From: Candidatus Thorarchaeota archaeon
GTDB taxonomy: Archaea > Asgardarchaeota > Thorarchaeia > Thorarchaeales > Thorarchaeaceae
NCBI GenBank assembly: GCA_016839445.1
Contig: JAEOUG010000126.1
Coordinates: forward strand, 1-19,254
Length of the DNA: 19,254 nt
Reading direction: 5' to 3'
The translations under genes and the position numbers were made by a program. Of the stretch, positions 1-6,938 are shown in pieces (the stretch's first letter is position 1; each line of letters opens with the position of its first letter). The notes beneath the pieces are model-generated. The model searched no databases, had not been told where the DNA came from, and worked only from the letters and a program-made list of their open reading frames with translations.

Positions 1-263
1 GCAATGATGATCCCGTCGGCTCGCCTCATGGCTTCTTCTACCCTAGGCATGTCATCTGATGCACTCTGAGGACAGGGCTTCTTCCTTACACACGAGTCGC
101 ATCCAGTGCAGTGGCGAATGTCGAAATCAGAAACGTTCAGTAGCTGTGTTGTGACTTCACCGTAGGACTCGTTCTCAGAGGCGGCCTCCAATGCCTTCGT
201 CAACAGGAACCGCGTGCTTGATTTGTCAGTCTTGGGGGATCCGCAAATGCCTAGAATGTGCAT
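1..263 (-). CDS. Iron-sulfur flavoprotein (Isf) / NADPH-dependent FMN reductase family; only the 5' part is in the window
   Basis: Not in the ORF track. Manual translation from ATG at 263: MHILGICGSPKTDKSSTRFLLTKALEAASENESYGEVTTQLLNVSDFDIRHCTGCDSCVRKKPCPQSASDDMPRVEEAMRRADGIII. Has the flavodoxin-like GSP motif and the compact CX2CX2CX5C cluster motif of Isf. RBS GAGAGGTGA just upstream. Confidence 0.9.
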   Translation of the reverse strand, partial: MHILGICGSPKTDKSSTRFLLTKALEAASENESYGEVTTQLLNVSDFDIRHCTGCDSCVRKKPCPQSASDDMPRVEEAMRRADGIII

Positions 264-335
264 CAGTTCACCTCTCTCGAAGAGGCGTGTGTTCAGGCTA
301 CTTCTCTCTTTCTACTGATGTGTTGAGGCACCGAA

Positions 336-1073
336 TTAGCTCAGCGCCTCATCCAAGGAGTAAGCGAGGTCGCTCACAACTCCAATGGCATGAAGAGGGC
401 TTTCTCCCTCGTGGGATGCAGCCACAACGGTGAAGGAACTGACCCGCAGCATCTGAATCTTGTCTTCGCCAGAAGTCACAGTTGTTGGGGCGATATCTGT
501 GACTGGCTTGATTACTCCCTGTGCTATCTCGACCTCAATCCTGAAGAGGTGTATCTCTGGAACGTTCCCGCTGATTAGCTCCCCATGAGAATCGAACACG
601 CCCACAAAGCCGACCTCGGGCTTCTCGAGGGCAGAATCAACTATCTTGTCGATCTTGCGCTTGAGGGACGCATCTGCGGGACCCATATCAACACTGACGT
701 AGCTATCGCATAGCTCGTTCAGGTCCACAATCTCTGCCATACTGCCGCCCCATGAACGGACCAAATCTCCAAGTTGATGTGCGACAGCCTTGCCAAGAGA
801 CATGACTTGGCTCTTCAGGGGCGTGATTGCTTCTCCCTTCCTTGAAAGAGCCACCAGAGCGAAGTCTTGGAAGAAGGCATAGGTCCAGATATCGCCATCA
901 TTCTCAAGGTGATAGGCACGCTCTGAAGAAGTGGTTGGTCTGGAGGCAAACAGGGCCACGCTGTTCCGGACAAAGGACGGGACATCACACATGTCAGAGT
1001 CGACATCATCATCGTAGGACCTTCGGTACACTGGCTCGCCATCGCTCTTGACAATGTAGACACAGCGTATCAT
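336..1073 (-). CDS. Putative longin-domain protein with a C-terminal roadblock/profilin-like domain
   Basis: N-terminus MIRCVYIVKSDGEPVYRRSY matches the longin beta1-beta2 pattern (AP sigma/mu, SRX, sedlin), and the domain ends in a helix-W-G segment. The C-terminal ~110 aa (KIDKIVDSALEKPEVGFVGVFDSHGELISGN...FTVVAAS...IGVVSDLAYSL) follow the roadblock alpha-beta-beta-alpha-beta-beta-beta-alpha pattern. The ORF is solid; the domain calls are by eye. Confidence 0.65.
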   Translation of the reverse strand: MIRCVYIVKSDGEPVYRRSYDDDVDSDMCDVPSFVRNSVALFASRPTTSSERAYHLENDGDIWTYAFFQDFALVALSRKGEAITPLKSQVMSLGKAVAHQLGDLVRSWGGSMAEIVDLNELCDSYVSVDMGPADASLKRKIDKIVDSALEKPEVGFVGVFDSHGELISGNVPEIHLFRIEVEIAQGVIKPVTDIAPTTVTSGEDKIQMLRVSSFTVVAASHEGESPLHAIGVVSDLAYSLDEALS

Positions 1074-1208
1074 TCTGCTCCCAGTGAGTAACTCCAGCCG
1101 CTAGCGTAGTCATAAGCATTCTTTGTCCATAGTGGTCGGCGCGAGGGGGTCGCGGACTCCAGTGAGTTTATGTGTCCTTCTGTGCCCTACGAGGGCAGGT
1201 TGCATGAG

Positions 1209-1544
1209 ATGTCGGATGATGCCAAGCCTGCAGCTCCTAAGAAGAGAAAGAGGAAGGAACTTCAGAAGCGTACAAGATACGACATCTACGCAGAGCTTCT
1301 TAGAGTCATCTACATCTGGGGCTACTGTCCTCTCACAAGAGCCGCAAGGTCCACGAATATGCCCGTCGACAGGGCAAAGGAGTCCATAACAGAACTTGTC
1401 GAGAGAGGACTCCTGGAGGAGGAGGACGATGACGGAATGCGGGTGTACAAAGTCAGTGTAAGGGGGCACCAGTATCTTGAGCTATACAAGAGGATGGCTA
1501 CTCTTGTGGGAATTCCGATACCCGAGCCCATAATCGGAATGTAG
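1209..1544 (+). CDS. Archaeal winged helix-turn-helix transcriptional regulator (HTH_45-like)
   Basis: KRTRYDIYAELL...LTRAARSTNM...ITELVERGLL...YKVSVRGHQYLE is the typical pattern. ATG at 1209 (MSDDAKP) is preferred to the track start at 1170. Confidence 0.85.
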   Translation: MSDDAKPAAPKKRKRKELQKRTRYDIYAELLRVIYIWGYCPLTRAARSTNMPVDRAKESITELVERGLLEEEDDDGMRVYKVSVRGHQYLELYKRMATLVGIPIPEPIIGM

Positions 1545-1592
1545 GAGGCATCCCGGACATGTGGAGTTCTCCGGAAAGCACCCCTTCATGTA

Positions 1593-1607
1593 GTCACATC
1601 TTGTGAC
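1593..1607. promoter_or_regulatory. Perfect 6-3-6 inverted repeat GTCACA-tct-TGTGAC, candidate operator
   Basis: Intergenic, about 18 bp upstream of the TATA-like TTTAAATA at 1626-1633. Confidence 0.4.
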
Positions 1608-1625
1608 CCTCTTTCGTGATTCTCC

Positions 1626-1672
1626 TTTAAATATGGAAATTGGGGGATATTGTTTGGAAATAACTGAGGTGA
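1626..1672 (+). promoter_or_regulatory. TATA box (TTTAAATA 1626-1633) and RBS (GAGGTGA 1666-1672) of the bactofilin-like gene
   Basis: AT-rich island in a GC-richer background; the RBS ends 9 nt before ATG 1682. Confidence 0.65.
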
Positions 1673-1681
1673 AGGCCCAAA

Positions 1682-2923
1682 ATGGCTGAAGTCAAGAAAT
1701 ACAGAAACGAACAAAGACTCGAGCTCGGCACCATAGAAGGTGATGTTGAGCTCAAAGACTGCTATCGGATCTACCCACAACAGGGCGATGAGATAGTCAT
1801 CTCCGGGACACTAACCATTTCTGGAGAAACTACATTTGAGGGCTCATTGAGATGCGGAAAGCTCGTATCCAAGAGCAGAGACACAATAACGGTGATTGGA
1901 AATCTGCATGTCCAGAGGATTGTGGATGTGCCGCGGGGAAGTGTGAGCGTCGAGTTTGACATGACTGCTACCGAAATCCAGGTTGGCGCTTCCCTCAGGG
2001 TTGGCCGAAACCTTGAGTGCACATCAGGCAAGGCAGGAGCTTCAATCAAGGTTGTAGGAAATGCCAAGGCAAGCAGACTCACAGCTGGAGGAAGCGTCAA
2101 GATCGAGGGGACTGCAGATGTCGAACGCATCAACGGAGGCGGCTCGGTTGTTGTGAACGGAGTGATTCAGGCCGAGGAGTTCGATGCAGGCGGCTCTGGC
2201 AAATGCAGTGCTGGTACAATCGAGAAGGTCTCGGTTGGAGGTAGCTTCAAGGCCACCGAGGCAATAACGATCAGCGAGCTGGATGTTGGAGGGACTGCGA
2301 AAGTCGGTGCCGGCTCCAAGGTCGAGAGGGTTGATGTTGGAGGATCCTTCAAAGCTCTCGGTCAGTTGGAGTTCGGTGAAATTGATGTCGGCGGAACCGT
2401 CAAGATTGAAGGACCAGCAAAGGGCAAGACAATAGATGTCGGCGGTACAGTGAAGGTTGACGGAGACCTTGAGCTGGAAGGCGGTATCGAGGTCGGAGGG
2501 ACCGTCCGTGTCGACGGTGGCCTGAAATGCGGGGACAAGATCAAGGTCGGCGGGACTGTAAGGGTCGAAGACAGAATCGAAACTTACAGAATAATCGTTG
2601 GCGGAGAGATTGACGCCAAGTACATCAAGGCCACTGGTGGTTTCCGACTCGGAAGACGAGGAGAGGTCAGAGGCTTTGTCGAGTCCCCAGAGATACTCAT
2701 CCGAGAGAGGGCCAGAACGGACAGCCTCTACGGCGATGACATAAGAATCGAAGAGAGAGCAAGAGTGGGTGGTCTCTATGGCAAGAAGATCTACATCGAG
2801 AGGGACGCTGTGGTTGAAGGCGAGGTCCTGTACACGGACTCAATTGATTCAGAAGACGGCGTCGTCTTTCGCAGTGAGCCCAAGAGAGTCGACTCATTGC
2901 CAGACCCTGACAGTCTGAACTAG
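1682..2923 (+). CDS. Polymer-forming cytoskeletal (bactofilin/CcmA-like) beta-helix repeat protein, 413 aa
   Basis: Nearly the whole protein is 17-18-aa repeats such as I(D/E/K)VGG(T/S)V(K/R)(V/I)xG, ending in GDDIRIEERARVGGLYGKKIYIERDAVVEGEVLY, as in Bacillus YhbE/YhbF-type bactofilins. Strong RBS. Confidence 0.75.
   Translation: MAEVKKYRNEQRLELGTIEGDVELKDCYRIYPQQGDEIVISGTLTISGETTFEGSLRCGKLVSKSRDTITVIGNLHVQRIVDVPRGSVSVEFDMTATEIQVGASLRVGRNLECTSGKAGASIKVVGNAKASRLTAGGSVKIEGTADVERINGGGSVVVNGVIQAEEFDAGGSGKCSAGTIEKVSVGGSFKATEAITISELDVGGTAKVGAGSKVERVDVGGSFKALGQLEFGEIDVGGTVKIEGPAKGKTIDVGGTVKVDGDLELEGGIEVGGTVRVDGGLKCGDKIKVGGTVRVEDRIETYRIIVGGEIDAKYIKATGGFRLGRRGEVRGFVESPEILIRERARTDSLYGDDIRIEERARVGGLYGKKIYIERDAVVEGEVLYTDSIDSEDGVVFRSEPKRVDSLPDPDSLN
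2282..2605 (+). repeat. Coding tandem repeat (xVGG motif) with 51/54-nt period
   Basis: xVGG codon blocks start at 2282, 2333, 2384, 2435, 2489, 2543 and 2594 (spacings 51, 51, 51, 54, 54, 51). Confidence 0.9.
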
Positions 2924-2953
2924 AGCTTAGGCTGCCTTCACCTTCTAGATCAC

Positions 2954-2984
2954 GGGAACTCAGGACCGGCGGTCCTGGGTTCTC
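2954..2984 (+). terminator. 14-bp stem-loop between convergent genes (terminator or 3' stability element)
   Basis: GGGAACTCAGGACC-ggc-GGTCCTGGGTTCTC pairs fully on the + strand with two G-U wobbles. No U-tract follows. Confidence 0.5.
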
Positions 2985-2986
2985 AG

Positions 2987-3781
2987 TCACTCACGGCTTT
3001 TCCCCAGAACAAGTATCCTACGGCTGCTGTCCTTTGTGTATGGATGACGCTCAAAGTCACCGTATTCTGCGAGCAGCTCTAGACCTGCAACTCGCATGAG
3101 AAGGTCCGCCTCTCTGTTGAAGATTACCGCGGCGCCAGAGCTCACTTCAATTGTGTCCCTGACACTCTTTTCCTTGGTCCGTACAATGTATCTGAGGTCG
3201 ACCCTGATTAGCTGGCCAATTGGATCCATCTGCATCTCTCCGGTTCGGGACACAGACGAACCATCTGGAAGGTTGACAGGTCTATCTTCGAACCGGGCGT
3301 GCTCGTGTTGAAGTGCACCAGGAAACAGATCTAGAACGAAGACACCTTCGGAAGCCAAGTGCTCGCGCACGCATTGGAGTACCGAAATCTGTGATTCTGT
3401 TGTCATTGCGTGACCAAACGAGTTGGGAATGATGATTAGCCTGAACAACCTTCCGAGGTCGAACGCAGTCATGTCGCCTTCCACGATTTCCAGACGCGAT
3501 TGGACCTCAGACGGAAGACGCCTCATCTTCCCTCTTGCGCATTCCAGCATGGATGGAGAACTGTCCAGCGCGACTACCTCAAAGCCGGCTTCGGCCAATG
3601 GTATCGCAATTCGCCCTGTGCCTGCGGCCAAGTCCAAGATGGGGGAACCGTACTCGTTGGCAATCTCAAGGTAGAATGGTATGTCTGAGTTGTCGGCGAA
3701 GAGGTCATAGAACGCACCCACTCCTTCGTAGCCAGGACCCAATGAATCAGAGGATACGTCATGCCGAGGCAATGGACTCAC
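2987..3781 (-). CDS. Class I SAM-dependent methyltransferase
   Basis: Motif I ILDLAAGTGR, VVALDSSPSML, IVEGDMTAFDL, HLASEGVFVLD and C-terminal YGDF. Substrate unknown; start codon uncertain. Confidence 0.92.
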   Translation of the reverse strand: MSPLPRHDVSSDSLGPGYEGVGAFYDLFADNSDIPFYLEIANEYGSPILDLAAGTGRIAIPLAEAGFEVVALDSSPSMLECARGKMRRLPSEVQSRLEIVEGDMTAFDLGRLFRLIIIPNSFGHAMTTESQISVLQCVREHLASEGVFVLDLFPGALQHEHARFEDRPVNLPDGSSVSRTGEMQMDPIGQLIRVDLRYIVRTKEKSVRDTIEVSSGAAVIFNREADLLMRVAGLELLAEYGDFERHPYTKDSSRRILVLGKSRE

Positions 3782-3923
3782 GTCTGTTCTCTATGACAGA
3801 GCTTGCGCTAATCAAGTTGTCCAAGTATGTCAGATTAGTGAGGACTCTTCCCACAACGTTGCTTTTTATTCGTACGTGCGCTTTCGTTCCTCATAAGCTC
3901 AAATCGGGCACTGATGGCTCTGG

Positions 3924-6920
3924 GTGATTCTGTTGAAGCTGAAGTCTGCCACCACTCTGATTCTATTTGCGATTCTGTTAGCAGGGACTCTTATTGCTCC
4001 CGACACAACCAATCGCATTTCTCGCGAACCTGCGGAGGAACTCCCAGCCGCCTGGGAAGACCATAGACTGGCTCAAGATCTTGCGCTAGAGCCTGCCTCG
4101 ATTCTTGTCTACACTCAGTTCGTCGACGATAGGGTAGGTGAGGAGTATCACAACACAATGACTGCAATCAACAACACCTACGGCACCAACTACTACTATA
4201 CCAACCTCACAGACTACACAGCCCTTGATGCCCAATTGCCTGGCAATGACATCCTCTTGATACCAGAGCAAGAGAATGCAAACGTGACGTTCATGAAGAC
4301 AGTTGGAGCGACCTGGGGATCTACTCTCTCAGATTTCGTTGAGAACGGTGGAGTCATTGTGCTCCTTGATTTCGGAAATGAGACCGCCCCCGGACTTGGA
4401 CTACACATCTACAATGAATCAAGTCTAATGGCATTCGGCCCTGTTCTTGGGCAGTATCCAAGTGCTGCACTAACGGAGATGAACCGGCTGACGTTTGGCG
4501 ACGCACTTTGCAGGCAGGTAAAATACAGATGGACTCCACAGACCCACACTTTCGCCGTCGCTACAACAGATGGGACCACTGCGATTGCCGACTATGACAC
4601 CGACAGCCCAGTGTGTGTTCATAAGATCATGGGGCGCGGACATGTTGTCTTCCTCGGCTTCGACCTTTCAGACCCAGACCCATACTATGAGCAGATTGTT
4701 GGAAACGCAGTTCGACTCCCAAACCATGTAGTCTTTGACTATTCACAGCAGAGCGAGTATACGTGGCTGAACGAACGTGCAGACCAGTACTACAATGACG
4801 ACCACCCTGCAATCGCGTTCGTGGAGGACCTAGTTGAGGCGGGGTTCGCAGTTTCTCGGATGGACACATTCAATGCAGCCTTCCTCAATGCTAGCGATGT
4901 GATTGTCTGTCCTCTGCCGAAGCAGTACATTGACGACTATGACGCCGGAGAGATAGCAGTACTCGATGATTATGTGGCAAATGGCGGTGCTATATTCATC
5001 CAGTCTGATTGGTCAACCTATGGTGATGATATCAGAGATCTCGCAAACAACTTCGGCTATGATTGGGCAAGAGATGACCTCTGGGATACTGACGATGCCA
5101 TGCACTGGTACTACGAGAGTCAGATTGCGTACACTGGCGACAACATTCTCTCCCATCCAATAACATACAATGTGTCGCGAGTCGAGTTCTACGCCAGCGA
5201 CGGCTTCACGACACTCCCAGCAAACGCAGAGCGAATAATAGTGACGGACTGGGATAGGACCAGTTGCTGGGGAGAGGGCGGCTGGTGGGACAACTGGCTA
5301 GGAGCAGACGGGATAACGCTCATGGCAGTGTCACACTATGGATCCGGCAGGGTATCAGTGGTTCTTGATAGCAACTTCATGGACAGCATAACCTATCCAC
5401 TCGATGAAGACCAAGACAATGATGGTGTGATTGACTACTTGGACAGCGAGAACGAGGTCCTTCTCCTTAACACAATCCACTGGCTTGCCGACGATAGGCC
5501 TGCCAATGATGCCCCACTGCTGACAGGTCTCACTCACACACCTGCGAGTCCTAGCAACGGAGAGTCTGTCAACATCACAGTGGTCGCTACTGATAGTGAC
5601 GGACTGGCCAACATAACCTGTCACTACCGACTTGATGTCGGAGACTGGATGAATGTCTCAATGACTCATGAAGGTGGGAACCTCTACTCCGCAGAAGTCG
5701 GAACGTTCTACGATACCGATTTCCAGGACTACTACATTCGTGCTTTCGACAATTCCGCAGACCAGATCGAGTCAGTGACTTCGGTTGCTCATTTGAATGG
5801 AATCAACTACCTGCCGACAACTCCCATGCTCACGGACCCCGGAACCACGGATGATGACGGCGTGTTTCTCCTCAACTGGACAGCATGTGACGATGTCGAC
5901 GGATACGTAGACCATTATGACATCCAGATGAGTGACAGTAGTTGGTTCACGACCATCATGGCCGAGCAGTCTGCGCCTAATGATGACTACGAGATGACGG
6001 TGTTCGACAACGACACCTACTACTTCAGGGTCCGAGCAGTAGATGACAACGGAACTGGGGGCTTCTGGTGCTTCCCGCAGTCAATCCATGTAGTGATAAC
6101 GGAGGACCTAGTAGGGCCATCCATCACAGACATTTCCAATACACCTGTTGAGCCTATGCAAGGAGACACAGTGACTATCTCCGCAGACATAATCGACGCG
6201 CGTGGCGTGAAGAACGCAACCTGTTACTACGCTGTGAATTCAGGGAGCTGGACATCAGCCATTATGAGTACGTCTGATGGGATCAACTTCGAGTGCGAGA
6301 TTGGACCCTTCTTGGTTGATGATGCCGTCGGGTTCTACATTGAGGCGTACGACAATTCGACCAATCTCAACGCAGAACAGAGTGGCGTGAACTCCTTCTA
6401 CATCAGCAACCAACCGCCGACTGCCCCAATACTGATTGACCCTGGCACGGTTTCTTCGGTTTCCTACTTGACCATTAACTGGACTACTTCAATTGATCAT
6501 GAGAATGCCCTAGATCACTACGAACTCCAGATGGGTGCCACTTCTGACTTCAGCCTGCTTCTGGGTGAGTGGAATGAAACTGAAACTGACAAGGACCTCA
6601 CAGGGCTCTCTAATGGAGTGTACTATTTCCGTGTCCGTGCTGTAGATGATCACGGCGCTGCGAGTCTATGGAGCAACGTGGAGTCAGTCGAGATCATCCT
6701 CACGACAAGCACATCCACGACCACTACGACCACAACCACTTCCACGACTACCTCAACCACCACTACTGCAACTTCGAACGGAACCACAACCGCCTCGTTC
6801 TATGACCCCGCTTTGCATAGCCTAGTGCTTCTCATAGTCACTGGTGGAACAATGGCAGTGATTGTGATGATTGTGTGGAGCTACGTACGGCAGCGCTCAC
6901 GACCGGGATATCAATTCTAG
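3924..6920 (+). CDS. Membrane-anchored cell-surface glycoprotein: signal peptide, two GATase1-like (GIFT/DUF4350-type) domains, (Ig-like + FN3) x2, Thr-rich linker, C-terminal TM helix
   Basis: Hydrophobic N-terminus after KLK. Motifs DILLIPEQ..DFVENGGVIVLL..GRGHVVFLG and DVIVCP..DYVANGGAIFI..GSGRVSVV..LNTIHWL. Two FN3 units with LNW/INW..DHY..YYFRVRAVDD. More than a dozen NxS/T sequons. TM LVLLIVTGGTMAVIVMIVW followed by a basic tail. Confidence 0.85.
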   Translation: MILLKLKSATTLILFAILLAGTLIAPDTTNRISREPAEELPAAWEDHRLAQDLALEPASILVYTQFVDDRVGEEYHNTMTAINNTYGTNYYYTNLTDYTALDAQLPGNDILLIPEQENANVTFMKTVGATWGSTLSDFVENGGVIVLLDFGNETAPGLGLHIYNESSLMAFGPVLGQYPSAALTEMNRLTFGDALCRQVKYRWTPQTHTFAVATTDGTTAIADYDTDSPVCVHKIMGRGHVVFLGFDLSDPDPYYEQIVGNAVRLPNHVVFDYSQQSEYTWLNERADQYYNDDHPAIAFVEDLVEAGFAVSRMDTFNAAFLNASDVIVCPLPKQYIDDYDAGEIAVLDDYVANGGAIFIQSDWSTYGDDIRDLANNFGYDWARDDLWDTDDAMHWYYESQIAYTGDNILSHPITYNVSRVEFYASDGFTTLPANAERIIVTDWDRTSCWGEGGWWDNWLGADGITLMAVSHYGSGRVSVVLDSNFMDSITYPLDEDQDNDGVIDYLDSENEVLLLNTIHWLADDRPANDAPLLTGLTHTPASPSNGESVNITVVATDSDGLANITCHYRLDVGDWMNVSMTHEGGNLYSAEVGTFYDTDFQDYYIRAFDNSADQIESVTSVAHLNGINYLPTTPMLTDPGTTDDDGVFLLNWTACDDVDGYVDHYDIQMSDSSWFTTIMAEQSAPNDDYEMTVFDNDTYYFRVRAVDDNGTGGFWCFPQSIHVVITEDLVGPSITDISNTPVEPMQGDTVTISADIIDARGVKNATCYYAVNSGSWTSAIMSTSDGINFECEIGPFLVDDAVGFYIEAYDNSTNLNAEQSGVNSFYISNQPPTAPILIDPGTVSSVSYLTINWTTSIDHENALDHYELQMGATSDFSLLLGEWNETETDKDLTGLSNGVYYFRVRAVDDHGAASLWSNVESVEIILTTSTSTTTTTTTTSTTTSTTTTATSNGTTTASFYDPALHSLVLLIVTGGTMAVIVMIVWSYVRQRSRPGYQF
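6702..6797 (+). repeat. Low-complexity Thr/Ser linker (ACN codon run)
   Basis: Encodes TTSTSTTTTTTTTSTTTSTTTTATSNGTTTAS just before the TM anchor. Confidence 0.9.
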
Positions 6921-6938
6921 CAGGCACATCGAGGCCAC

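Noticed and set aside
269-290. Short stem that could occlude the flavoprotein RBS
   Set aside because: Only about 5-7 bp; not distinguishable from chance.
2282-2605. Regularly spaced repeats resembling a CRISPR array
   Set aside because: The repeats are short, vary at synonymous positions, are spaced in multiples of 3 and lie within a CDS; no cas genes are present.
1682-2923. The beta-helix protein as the missing FwdC
   Set aside because: The repeat signature is bactofilin-like VGG rather than the GxxMxxG repeats of FwdC/GltB-C, and the gene is outside the operon.
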